A stretch of DNA of 56,963 nt, from positions 1-56,963 of IMG/VR virus record IMGVR_UViG_3300030117_006614, one strand, 5' to 3'. The notes under the pieces were generated by a model. That model did no database searches and was not told the origin of the DNA. It saw nothing but the letters and a program-made list of their open reading frames with translations. This DNA comes from a virus (taxonomy: Duplodnaviria > Caudoviricetes). The translations under genes were made by a program, and so were the position numbers. Shown piece by piece: positions 1 to 8,516 of this stretch (position 1 is the first letter of the stretch; every line of letters starts with the position of its first letter).

Positions 1-101
1 GCGCCCGTCAGCCAGTACCCGCACAAAGGCACTTCCAGGCGAAGCGTCGTCTTGGAATGGGCAAGTGCATTTATATTTGCCTTCACCCTTTTCCACCAAA
101 C
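1..101. repeat. Terminal direct repeat (assembly overlap), copy 1
   Basis: 1-98 is identical to 56863-56960. Position 99 (A) differs from 56961 (G), and 100-101 match again. Indicates a circular or terminally redundant genome of 56,862 bp. Confidence 0.97.
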
Positions 102-771
102 TGCCAAGAGAAACTTGGTCACCGGAGTCGAGCAAAACTTGGAAATCGGCATCGAGACTTTTCCCCCGTTGCTGGGGCTTACCCTTTGGCTTCTCTGTTT
201 TTTCAGAACCCTTGGAGAGAGTTTCAGCTTTTAGAACATCACCATCCAAGAAAACCTCACTCACGTATTCTTCTCCTTCAACTTGGGCCGGTAGCGCGTA
301 ATGACGAGATAAGTCTTTTGCAACACGGTCAACCCCATCATCATAACCCATAGCAATCAGACCGTTGGCCCATGCGTGCGGGTATTCCTGCGCAGTGAGC
401 GGGCGGTCAATAAAAAGGATAACCCTGAAACGGGGCTCGCTTGGGCGGTGGCTCCAAGTCGTGTAAACTACGTGTGCGATATTCTTAGCTTTTATCTTCG
501 CAGAAACAGCAGACGGGCCTTGAGTAGCATGGTCAAAGTCATAGACCAGGGCCGTAACAGTTTCTACGTTTTTGTTAGCGCGAGTCTGTCCAGGCTTGTA
601 CAGGGCAGGCGACCAGCAGGGCAAGTTACGTTTAGGGAACTTTGCAGAACGGGTAGCCGGTTTTGAGAAGAGGCTATGTACATTTGCCGAGGACTTGACA
701 CTAGTAGTCACAGGGGCTACACTAAAAAAGCCTTTGGGGAACAGAGAAATCTGCCAAGGGAACATCGTCAT
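1..771 (-). CDS. N-terminal part (AEP primase-polymerase domain) of a ~739-aa primase-helicase spanning the circular junction
   Basis: Translated by hand: open frame from ATG at 771 (GGAG upstream), MTMFPWQISL...ALVYDFDH...VVYTTWSH...PRFRVILF...DLSRHY...LVEKGEGKYKCTCPF. It joins ORF 55414-56958 in frame. DxD, SH and RFRV are AEP motifs. Absent from the ORF track because it runs off the edge. Confidence 0.9.
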   Translation of the reverse strand, partial: MTMFPWQISLFPKGFFSVAPVTTSVKSSANVHSLFSKPATRSAKFPKRNLPCWSPALYKPGQTRANKNVETVTALVYDFDHATQGPSAVSAKIKAKNIAHVVYTTWSHRPSEPRFRVILFIDRPLTAQEYPHAWANGLIAMGYDDGVDRVAKDLSRHYALPAQVEGEEYVSEVFLDGDVLKAETLSKGSEKTEKPKGKPQQRGKSLDADFQVLLDSGDQVSLGSLVEKGEGKYKCTCPFQDDASPGSAFVRVLADGR

Positions 772-832
772 TGTTATCTCCACACCTCCAACTAGGTTTT
801 TAGGTTTCCACGTTGGGGGTGTTGGTTTATGG

Positions 833-1084
833 TTAATCGTTGGCCGCGTGCAAGGAACGCAAACCTTCTGAAATCAAAAACTGCACGGTAGAGTTTACCG
901 TAACATATCGGTCAGGGAAAACTGTACGCAAAGAGGTTGCGGCATCCTGTACTTCCGTCCAAACCTCATCGGGCAGACGGATGGAACGAGCCTTTACGGG
1001 GCGACAGCCAGTTAAACCGTTGCGGGCAGAGTTTAAGTATTCTGCAGACTTAGCGCGGACTAGTGTTGAGAGGTTGAGGTTCAT
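833..1084 (-). CDS. Ribbon-helix-helix-like DNA-binding protein
   Basis: ARSIRLPDEVWTEVQDAA beta-helix pattern typical of RHH/CopG/Arc proteins; GGAG RBS. Confidence 0.6.
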   Translation of the reverse strand: MNLNLSTLVRAKSAEYLNSARNGLTGCRPVKARSIRLPDEVWTEVQDAATSLRTVFPDRYVTVNSTVQFLISEGLRSLHAAND

Positions 1085-1243
1085 CTTTCTTTTTCTCCAG
1101 GTTTTGTGTAAAAAAATCCCGTTGTCGCAATACTTCTACTCGCACGGGAAGGGGCGAGGTAAGGACAGCGGCTTCGAGATACTTCCCATATCCAATCCTG
1201 CAAACCCGAAGCCTGGGTGGTTGCGACTGCCCACATGAGCAAA

Positions 1244-1624
1244 CTATAAATCTAAAGCGTCGTCCAGCATAAAGGGCTTGAACCAAAGTAAGGGGCGGCG
1301 GTCGCCTCTTCTTATCTGTTTTCTTTGGTAGCCAGCGGCACGTAGAATCTTGGCTGCAAGTATCTTCAACGAGTGTACTTCTAAAAGCATCTTCTCCCCA
1401 TAGGCAGAAACCAGCAACTCATCCAGAGTGAACCCACCCTGCTCAGAGCAAAGCTTTTTTGCGTGGGTGAGTATGAGGGCGGGAGTCTGGGAGGGGTTGT
1501 ACTCGTCAGGGGTTGGGAAAGCTAGTGCAGCCTTCAACGCGAAAATAATAGCTTCGCTGGGGGGCAGACCCATCTTGAGGGAGAGGTCTTGGGACAGTGC
1601 GGCAATCTGGTCACGGTGCGACAT
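1244..1624 (-). CDS. Hypothetical DNA-binding protein (C-terminal winged-helix-like)
   Basis: AAGGAG RBS. C-terminus AAKILRAAGYQRKQIRRGDRRPLLWFKP resembles the wHTH tail of VapE/D5-type helicases. Confidence 0.55.
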   Translation of the reverse strand: MSHRDQIAALSQDLSLKMGLPPSEAIIFALKAALAFPTPDEYNPSQTPALILTHAKKLCSEQGGFTLDELLVSAYGEKMLLEVHSLKILAAKILRAAGYQRKQIRRGDRRPLLWFKPFMLDDALDL

Positions 1625-1642
1625 AGTTTACTCCTTCCCACT

Positions 1643-1671
1643 ATGGTATCACACGGCCACTAGCCTTGCAA
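1643..1671 (-). promoter_or_regulatory. Sigma70-like promoter for the leftward replication operon
   Basis: Minus strand TTGCAA-17 nt-TACCAT directly upstream of the RBS of ORF 1624. Confidence 0.6.
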
Positions 1672-2360
1672 GCGAATACTTACACTATTTCTATAATAAC
1701 ATTATTCTGGGCATAGCCGTGGGTTGACGGGGTTCGTGCTGGGGAACGTAACCCCCACGGTAGAACCTACGTTTTCGTTGGATATAGAAACTGCTCGTCG
1801 GAAACTACCATAGTAGTCACCACAAACAAGCTGTGGAAAACTCCGCGAAAACATAGGACCAAACTGGCGAAGCAAATAACTGCTACTGTTTTGGCTACCA
1901 ACATTCCGCCAATAAAAAACCAACTCCCATAGAATACAAACCTAACCCCGTCAACTACTGGCTAATTTATCTATATACATACATTCAACAATTCCAAAGA
2001 GAATACAAAACGACACAAAGCTGCACCCGTGACACCAAGGTAGCGTAAGGTGTTGTTTTCGTTGCAGTTTCTCTTACTGTCTTTAATGTCTGCCCCTTGA
2101 CTTACATCTTGGTTGACGCTGAAAAGGCAGTTTCGACCGTAGGCTATTGACGTGTAAACCTCGGTACCCCTTGATACCAAACCAACCTTTTCGGACCTGA
2201 CCATAGAAACCCTTTACGGACTATCATAAAACCGTTCTCAGAAAACCGTCTCACTTTTCTGATTAAGTTTTTCTGTGCGCGTAGACTTGAGATTGCTCTC
2301 CCGATATTTGACAGAGTATCCTAAGATAGAAAACCATAATCATAGAGATTTACTCCAGAC
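1672..2360. other. Long non-coding region, candidate replication origin
   Basis: ~690 bp without a credible ORF, between a terminator and the primase operon promoter. Contains an inverted repeat (1723-1734/1944-1955) and recurring (T/C)AGAAA(A)C-like words. Confidence 0.4.
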
Positions 2361-2390
2361 AAAAAAAAGCCCCCGTCCGAAGACGAGGGC
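2361..2390 (-). terminator. Rho-independent terminator ending the early operon
   Basis: Minus strand GCCCTCGTC-TTCG-GACGGGGGC followed by T8. Confidence 0.85.
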
Positions 2391-2416
2391 CAAAAGAAGT
2401 AGAAACTCTTTGTTAG

Positions 2417-2680
2417 TTATGTAACCGAATCTCCCAATTCATCGTGAATGAGGTCAATAATTTTGAAGTACAGTTTTCTTTGCCATTCGTCTGTTTGAAA
2501 ATCGTCTTCAATGTCACGAATGAGCAGCTTGTGGGCGTCACTATTTTTTTGCGCCCAAAAGTCGATTGTATGTACAGCACTCAAAAGACGGTCGAAAGCC
2601 AGAGTTGCATTACGCTGCGCGTCCGTCGCCTGTTTAAGTTCCTCTTTTGTTTTATCTACCCAAGGTAAAATATCTTCCAT
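2417..2680 (-). CDS. Hypothetical protein
   Basis: 87-aa ORF coupled to the upstream gene, GGGGGT RBS, ends before the terminator. Confidence 0.75.
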   Translation of the reverse strand: MEDILPWVDKTKEELKQATDAQRNATLAFDRLLSAVHTIDFWAQKNSDAHKLLIRDIEDDFQTDEWQRKLYFKIIDLIHDELGDSVT

Positions 2681-2681
2681 T

Positions 2682-3533
2682 TTAGTTACCCCCGAAAGCT
2701 GTCATCATCGCTTCGGCTTCAACGTCCGCGACATGCTTTTGCAATTCTTGGAGAGACACTTGAAACATTTTTTCGTATCCAGAAATACGCTTGAGCAGTT
2801 TTCCGCATCTATCCATCTTTGTTTTCTTCGCGCGCTTACCAACGTCGGGTTGACTAAGCGCTTCCAGCATTTGACGCGTTTCGTTTTCAATGGATTCTGT
2901 AAGACCCATGATTACAGAATCACGCAACTTGTCGTCGTGTACCGTAGTTTGGAAATACACTTTATTCAGATTCCCTTCGCAGGAATTCTGAAAGCACTCT
3001 GCAACTTTCTCGAACTTTGCGACCGCACCTTGAGGAATCCAATAAACCCCACCACGCGGGCGAAGGGATATTCCGTGCATGTAGTCAATGATGTTTACCA
3101 AAGACTTTGAAACTGCAGAAGCTTGCACACGTTCACATTCAATTTGGAATCGGTGTGTGATTGCACCATCTTCTACAGGAGAAAAGTATTCTCCATCGGG
3201 ATTACGAAAAACTGGAAAGTCTGAATCCGCTGGCATGAGCGCGTCAAACTCTACTGTATGAGAAAGGGATTTTCCGTCTTCACCTTTTTCTTCCCGAACA
3301 ACGGCGTATCCAGGCTCACCCTTCAACGGGCGAATCAAACGGTCTTTTCTACCGCAAACACTTTTCAATGCTTGGTGTGTCGCAACCAACTTTGAATTCT
3401 GTTTTGGTGCGTACTGTTCTAAGCCCAACGCAGCCAAACTGTTTTTAAGTTTATCTGCATTGGTCTTTGAACCTGTACTGAAAAAGACATTATTGCCACG
3501 GCTAGAGGGTGCTTGTACTTGATTGATACTCAT
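2682..3533 (-). CDS. Hypothetical protein, DUF3150-like family often linked to MoxR/vWA loci
   Basis: 283 aa. ISLRPRGGVYWIP motif and helical C-terminus resemble proteins found beside phage AAA/vWA genes (recalled, not searched). Confidence 0.6.
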   Translation of the reverse strand: MSINQVQAPSSRGNNVFFSTGSKTNADKLKNSLAALGLEQYAPKQNSKLVATHQALKSVCGRKDRLIRPLKGEPGYAVVREEKGEDGKSLSHTVEFDALMPADSDFPVFRNPDGEYFSPVEDGAITHRFQIECERVQASAVSKSLVNIIDYMHGISLRPRGGVYWIPQGAVAKFEKVAECFQNSCEGNLNKVYFQTTVHDDKLRDSVIMGLTESIENETRQMLEALSQPDVGKRAKKTKMDRCGKLLKRISGYEKMFQVSLQELQKHVADVEAEAMMTAFGGN

Positions 3534-3625
3534 TGTTTTCTTCCTTTTTTTAATGAGTGTTTTATTCTGCAGAATCGCAGAGTAAGGGTTCCCGATAAAA
3601 TACCGGGAACCGATACACTATTATT

Positions 3626-4828
3626 CTACGTTGTAGGGATATGGATTACCTCGGACACCCAATCTGGATAACGAACGCAATCAGGTTTCCCAACGTGCCC
3701 AACGACAATTCGCATATGCGGAGGCTTTGTTTCTGGCCACGGAGTATAACCATCCGTGAGGATAACCAGATAATCTGGTCGGTCTTTTAACTCAGCAGCA
3801 GCTTTGATACCGACACGCATATCGGTTCCGCCGCCACCATTAAAGTCCATTTGAGAAACACGTTTAACCTTTTTGATACCCTGCATTCGGGCATCGCAAA
3901 CGAGAACCGTACCGCCAGAACCGCCGCCAGCTTTTAAGCAACCCTGAACTTCTGCTAAAATAGCTGGACCGTCTCGATACATACTGCCGGACGTATCTAC
4001 TAGAACAGCTATATTTGGAATCGGGTCGATGAAGCCAGGACGCAGTAGTTTTCTCGGGTTCCAATTCTTACGGTTAGCCCGTGAGTATGTTGGGACTGAT
4101 AAACCCTTGCGATATTTTTTGAAGTTTCGGACGCTGCCCCGAAGTTTCTTTTGCCAAGGTACTTTTGGTGGCGCCAAGGTTTCTTGAGCCCAAACACGCG
4201 CACTTCCGCCTACGGAACCGGGGTCTTTTCCGGCTTGTTCCGCAACCTTTTCTGCAGTCTTGCGAATGATGATTTCTTTTTCTACCTCATCCATACCGGG
4301 CCCACCTTCCGATGGTGCTGGCAATTCATAGTCCTGCGTTTTTCCAGAAGCACCGGAACCGCAATCACCCTGACCTACTTTTCCCTGACCAGGCGGAGGT
4401 TGCGCACCGGCAGAACCTTGTTCTTGGTTTTTTGTATAGTATTCTTCCCAAGGTTTTCCTGCGCGCCAACCAAACTGTTCGGGATAAATCGCCCAATCGG
4501 GTAGAAAATCTCGAAGTTTTGCGCAGTCATTTATTTCTGCGTCCTGGCAAATGTTTGCCATTTGTGGGTCTGCGTCAATTGCTTGGGCACGTTCATGGTG
4601 CCTACGCAAAACGTGCTGCGCTTCGTGGACGATATACCCAACCTTTTCTTTGAGCGTAGACTTATTCCAAAATTCCTTGTTTACATAAACCCTTCCGTAA
4701 GGGTCGATGGCAATCGTGGATACTTTGTCGCACTCATAAAAAGTTAGACGAGAAACAATATCTGCGTACCAACCGAATTCGAATAGTGCTCGGGCACGCG
4801 CAATAGGTATTTGAAGTTTCTTATACAT
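3626..4828 (-). CDS. Putative metallopeptidase + vWA domain protein (DUF2201-like)
   Basis: HEAQH zincin motif, NICQDAEIN, DCGSG linker, MIDAS DTSGSM, GGGGTD and LTDGYTPWP. Confidence 0.9.
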   Translation of the reverse strand: MYKKLQIPIARARALFEFGWYADIVSRLTFYECDKVSTIAIDPYGRVYVNKEFWNKSTLKEKVGYIVHEAQHVLRRHHERAQAIDADPQMANICQDAEINDCAKLRDFLPDWAIYPEQFGWRAGKPWEEYYTKNQEQGSAGAQPPPGQGKVGQGDCGSGASGKTQDYELPAPSEGGPGMDEVEKEIIIRKTAEKVAEQAGKDPGSVGGSARVWAQETLAPPKVPWQKKLRGSVRNFKKYRKGLSVPTYSRANRKNWNPRKLLRPGFIDPIPNIAVLVDTSGSMYRDGPAILAEVQGCLKAGGGSGGTVLVCDARMQGIKKVKRVSQMDFNGGGGTDMRVGIKAAAELKDRPDYLVILTDGYTPWPETKPPHMRIVVGHVGKPDCVRYPDWVSEVIHIPTT

Positions 4829-5010
4829 TACTCACCTCCTTTCGCTTTCGCGATTGATTTGAACCATTCTTCGCAGCAATAGCATTTGAGGCATCTACAT
4901 ATTTTTCCTGTAGCTATGCGCGTTTTAACGCCACCTCGCTCTGAATCTGATGTACCGATTTTGTCGGTGTCGTATTTGTATTTAGTTGACTCGCCACTCC
5001 ACTTTCCCAT
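4828..5010 (-). CDS. Small Cys-rich hypothetical protein
   Basis: 60 aa with CRCLKCYCC. TAATG-coupled on both sides with GGAGGTGAG RBS. Confidence 0.7.
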   Translation of the reverse strand: MGKWSGESTKYKYDTDKIGTSDSERGGVKTRIATGKICRCLKCYCCEEWFKSIAKAKGGE

Positions 5011-6059
5011 TACTCACCTCCGTTGGTGTATAAAGCTGTGTCAGGAATGACGAAAATGTTTCCGAGATAGCCGCATGTTCTTTTTTCTACAGTATAAAAA
5101 TACAAATCTGTCCAGGACTGCGAACGGTGATTTTCTGGCCGCAATTTAGAAACGTCTGGAGACATTACGATATAGTCGCCCTTGTTTTCTGTAGCGTTGA
5201 AAACGGGCCAAGGTAGCAGCATATCAGGAGTGCGGGCTCCATACTTTTCTGCCCTGTCTTTTGCGTTTACAAATTCTAGCCAAGCCGATTCGCTGTAAAC
5301 TTTATCCAGTCCACGACTCTTTACGTTTTTAAACCATCGGAGGTTATTCGAATCGGCCATTGAATAGGTCATGTACCAACATTCAGCTTTGCTCGCATAG
5401 TCTTGCACGATTTTTCTGGCCCGCAGTTTAATGCGACTATGGATTGAAGGAAGCTTGGGTTCAATATAGTGTGAATAACGTTTACGCCTACTCGTTAGAT
5501 TGTGCTCCGCCTGATGGAAAGAAAACACGCTGCGAAAGTGGTCATACACAGCCACTAAAATCTTGGGCAGCTTTTGTCGTAATTCTTTTATTTCCCAAGA
5601 ACTATGAAGTACGTTTGTACAATCTGGCGTCACCAATTGATTCCAAGCATCCACAATCTCCAAACAACGTAGGGAACTGTCGTCGCCAAAAGTCTGCATC
5701 ATTCTAAGACCATCTAAATCATCATGCTCTAAAGCCGTGAGCGATAAGTCTTTTTCTAAACGAAGCGTATGCAATTGATTGCAGCAGCGAACAGAAACGT
5801 TTCCATCAAAATTTAATATATCCCACATTCTACGTTCCCATGCTCCGGTAGTAGAACCGCGAACGCCTTTTGGACGTGGCTTCAATTGTCGAGAAACAAC
5901 AAAACCCTTCGAAAGTGGACCGTCTTCGGTGCGACCAGCTTTACCAGGGAAAATAGTTATCTCTTTTTCGAAGTCATATTTGGTTTCGATAAGATGCTTC
6001 CAATCATCCCAAGGGACTGCGGAGCGAGAAAATGGAGTATTAAAAATTCTTTTAGTCAT
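5010..6059 (-). CDS. Hypothetical protein with a putative Cys/His metal-binding motif
   Basis: 349 aa, AAGGA RBS, VRCCNQLH...EH...FG...RC motif. Confidence 0.75.
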   Translation of the reverse strand: MTKRIFNTPFSRSAVPWDDWKHLIETKYDFEKEITIFPGKAGRTEDGPLSKGFVVSRQLKPRPKGVRGSTTGAWERRMWDILNFDGNVSVRCCNQLHTLRLEKDLSLTALEHDDLDGLRMMQTFGDDSSLRCLEIVDAWNQLVTPDCTNVLHSSWEIKELRQKLPKILVAVYDHFRSVFSFHQAEHNLTSRRKRYSHYIEPKLPSIHSRIKLRARKIVQDYASKAECWYMTYSMADSNNLRWFKNVKSRGLDKVYSESAWLEFVNAKDRAEKYGARTPDMLLPWPVFNATENKGDYIVMSPDVSKLRPENHRSQSWTDLYFYTVEKRTCGYLGNIFVIPDTALYTNGGE

Positions 6060-6123
6060 TTTGTTATGTCCTTATACAAACAAGTGTAGAAAGAGGTTTA
6101 AGTAGAGAGCCAGGAATGCTAAA

Positions 6124-6149
6124 CCCGCCGCCGTTTCCAAGGCAGCGGG
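6124..6149 (-). terminator. GC-rich hairpin, possible terminator or processing site
   Basis: Minus strand CCCGCTGCC-TTGGAAAC-GGCGGCGGG followed by TTTAG. Confidence 0.5.
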
Positions 6150-6162
6150 GAAAAGGTTATTT

Positions 6163-6345
6163 TTATTGGGCATTGTCTGCCCCGTTTACTTTGAAGTCTT
6201 CCCAAACATCATGGGCAGCCTCAAAAATCTCATTCAATTCAGAAGTCACCATATCCATTCCAGCGCAAACTGAATCAGCATCGAAGTTTTCTTGAGTGGC
6301 TACAATCTCACAAAGCAATCTTGCAAACTGTACTTTCAATGGCAT
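6163..6345 (-). CDS. Small acidic hypothetical protein
   Basis: 60 aa, TAATG-coupled, GGAGGTGA RBS. Confidence 0.7.
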   Translation of the reverse strand: MPLKVQFARLLCEIVATQENFDADSVCAGMDMVTSELNEIFEAAHDVWEDFKVNGADNAQ

Positions 6346-6542
6346 TATTCACCTCCTTTGTCATGCTCAGCTTCCATTTTTTCCCAATCAATATCCTGTG
6401 GGCAATCAGCCCAATTCGGAACAACATCGTAGACTTTTTCTCCATCTTCGATGCGTGCCAATTCTTCTGCCGAAACTACAACGGTTGTTGGTTCGGTTTT
6501 TGTCCAGGTTTCTCCATCATTAAGCACATAAATAAGCATCAT
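6345..6542 (-). CDS. Small acidic hypothetical protein
   Basis: 65 aa, ATGA overlap with the ATPase stop, GGAGGTGA RBS. Confidence 0.7.
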   Translation of the reverse strand: MMLIYVLNDGETWTKTEPTTVVVSAEELARIEDGEKVYDVVPNWADCPQDIDWEKMEAEHDKGGE

Positions 6543-7675
6543 TCACCTCCGAAGATGCCCGTTTGACGGACAAAGGAAGCAAATTCCATAAGTGCGGGGC
6601 TTTGCATGTTCGCGCCTTTTGGACGACTTTTTGCGAGAGCATGAACACCCATGATTGCAAGGTCACCACGGTTTTGCTGTTTGCATACTTGCAGGAATTC
6701 CCATCCTTTATCCCAACGGGCAGGAGTGTTATTTTGTGCAATCGCAGAAGCAACCATGCTAACCAAAGCAAAAAGCTTATCGTCTTCTTCGGGCAAAGGG
6801 CGCGCGTGTGGATTCTGAATAAAGTCTTCAGGGTCACCCAAATCTAAATCTCTTTCCCACGTCAAAAACTCCAAACCAGGAGCACCGACTGTACCTTGCG
6901 CAATATCCAACATTAAATGCTGTTGATTAGAAGCGATTGCTGCCGCACGTAGAATCCAAAAGTGTTCCCATGAACGGTCAGTGTTTGCGGGCTTCCAAAT
7001 ATCTTCACCTCGGGCAATCAAGTCTTCAGGGGAGATTCTAAGGTGGTGAGAAAAGCGGGAGAGGAAAGTGCCCACCATCATCATCGATGCTTTGATACCA
7101 GACTCCCAACCATTAGGAAGCATTTTTGGTTTCATAGAATCCCAAGAGCCCGTTGTCATTTGTTGCGCAATCCAGCTTTTATCGGGGCTGTATTGAATAA
7201 CCAAAGAACGGTTAGATATTGGGTGCGATATTGTACCTCCAGTTGTAGCTATTTCTGGTGGATTCATGTTTGCGATAAATGCGGCGCCCTCAAGATTCAA
7301 GTCAGCAACCGAACCGTCTTGAAACATACCGTGACAAGCGGCTTGAGTTTTAGAATCTGCATCGGCCAATTCATCCACAAAGATAACAAAATTACTTGGG
7401 CCATTATCGGAAACAGTTTTTGCCCAATCCGGCGGAAGCATACGCATTACACCGTTTTGAAAATCTGGTGCGGGGTATCCATTAAAATCGGATGCTTCGT
7501 ACCTTGGTGCGGGCAGAGTAACTAAAGCTTTTCCAAGTGCTTCTGCTACGGGTTCTACACAACCTTTGTTTTTTCCTACTCCAGCTTGTCCTACCAATAA
7601 AACAGTAGGGGCTTTTGCTGTTGCGAATTGCGCTTGCAATCCGAGTGCCGTTAGGTCGATTAAGTTTTTAGACAT
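6539..7675 (-). CDS. MoxR-like AAA+ ATPase
   Basis: Walker A GQAGVGKN, DFNGYP, PPDW, Walker B IFVDE, ANMNPP, PISNR, and DRSWE sensor-2-like motif. Likely start ATG 7675 (MSKNLI) after AAGGA. Confidence 0.88.
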   Translation of the reverse strand: MSKNLIDLTALGLQAQFATAKAPTVLLVGQAGVGKNKGCVEPVAEALGKALVTLPAPRYEASDFNGYPAPDFQNGVMRMLPPDWAKTVSDNGPSNFVIFVDELADADSKTQAACHGMFQDGSVADLNLEGAAFIANMNPPEIATTGGTISHPISNRSLVIQYSPDKSWIAQQMTTGSWDSMKPKMLPNGWESGIKASMMMVGTFLSRFSHHLRISPEDLIARGEDIWKPANTDRSWEHFWILRAAAIASNQQHLMLDIAQGTVGAPGLEFLTWERDLDLGDPEDFIQNPHARPLPEEDDKLFALVSMVASAIAQNNTPARWDKGWEFLQVCKQQNRGDLAIMGVHALAKSRPKGANMQSPALMEFASFVRQTGIFGGE

Positions 7676-7755
7676 TTTTTCTATCCTTTTTTTTGTTTGT
7701 TTTTTTTGCCGAAAGTGGCGCCGCCGTTGGACGCAATCCTCCAACGGCAAGCCTT

Positions 7756-7784
7756 ATGTTAACACGTTGATACCAATCCTTCAA
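7756..7784 (-). promoter_or_regulatory. Sigma70-like promoter of the AAA/vWA operon
   Basis: Minus strand TTGAAG-17 nt-TAACAT. Confidence 0.55.
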
Positions 7785-7793
7785 GGTATGCTT

Positions 7794-7888
7794 GATATGC
7801 CAGGTTAAACCTACCATATCGCAGAATGCCCATATTTAGGGGTCGGCGCGTTTGACGTTACCCGACGATATGCCAGGTTCAACCTACC
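7794..7888. repeat. 22-bp direct repeat with palindromic core (operator-like)
   Basis: GATATGCCAGGTTAAACCTACC (7794-7815) and GATATGCCAGGTTCAACCTACC (7867-7888). Core is AGGTT-N-AACCT. Confidence 0.8.
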
Positions 7889-8153
7889 TTTTCAGCCGGT
7901 GCCCTATTCCAGCCTATAAAAAAGCAATTGACCATAGGACTACGTAGAAACTGGAGTTCTTTTTTTAAGAAAAGGAAAGCACGCAAAAAAAGTAGAGGAT
8001 TTTAGTTTTCTACTGCAGGAAATCTTTTCTTCAGGAATCAGGAAAACTTAGAAATGCATAACACGCGCAAAGGAAAACAGAAATCCAGCGATTCGGGAGA
8101 GATTACCGCTGCAGTATTGGCGCGGACAAGTCCCAGCTACATGATAGACCCTA

Positions 8154-8182
8154 GCAGACAACCGCTGCAGACAACCGCTGCA
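8154..8182. repeat. 13-bp tandem repeat
   Basis: GCAGACAACCGCT x2 plus GCA; ACCGCTGCAG also at 8105-8114. Confidence 0.7.
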
Positions 8183-8211
8183 AAGAATCTCGCAGAGAGA
8201 AATGCAGAAAC

Positions 8212-8248
8212 GCAAACGAAGAAACCCCGCCCCCCGAAAGGGGCAGGG
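8212..8248 (-). terminator. Rho-independent terminator
   Basis: Minus strand CCCTGCCCC-TTTC-GGGGGGCGGGG followed by TTTCTTCGTTT, just after the ORF 8256 stop. Confidence 0.7.
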
Positions 8249-8255
8249 CATCGAG

Positions 8256-8429
8256 TCAGGCTACTCCAACCTGTTCGTTCAGGAGAGTTGCGATGTTCTC
8301 TGCTTCGAATTGATTCGAGCACCAAGCAACCACGCGCCGGTCTGTGTGCATCATGTATACGCACCAGAATAGGCCCAGGCTCAATTGCTCGAAGTATTTG
8401 TCCTTCGTTTTCATGGCTTTGTAAACCAT
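8256..8429 (-). CDS. Small hypothetical protein
   Basis: 57 aa from ATG 8429 (MVYKAMK) with GAGGA RBS, followed by a terminator. Confidence 0.6.
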   Translation of the reverse strand: MVYKAMKTKDKYFEQLSLGLFWCVYMMHTDRRVVAWCSNQFEAENIATLLNEQVGVA

Positions 8430-8453
8430 ATTGTCCTCATTGTTTTGGGTGAA

Positions 8454-8509
8454 GCCCCGCCCCACTATGGGGCGAGGCGTTGTGGGAGCCCCCACTATGG
8501 GGGCCCCCA
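8454..8509. repeat. Twin GC hairpins with identical CCCCA-CTA-TGGGG cores
   Basis: 8454-8478 GCCCCGCCCCA-CTA-TGGGGCGAGGC and 8483-8509 TGGGAGCCCCCA-CTA-TGGGGGCCCCCA. Confidence 0.85.
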
Positions 8510-8516
8510 GGACATG

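Noticed and set aside
3566-3611. Hairpins between the vWA gene and the DUF3150-like gene as an ncRNA
   Set aside because: Only two short stems (GGTTCCCG/CGGGAACC and TCTGC/GCAGA). More likely a processing or stability element, with too little evidence to call.
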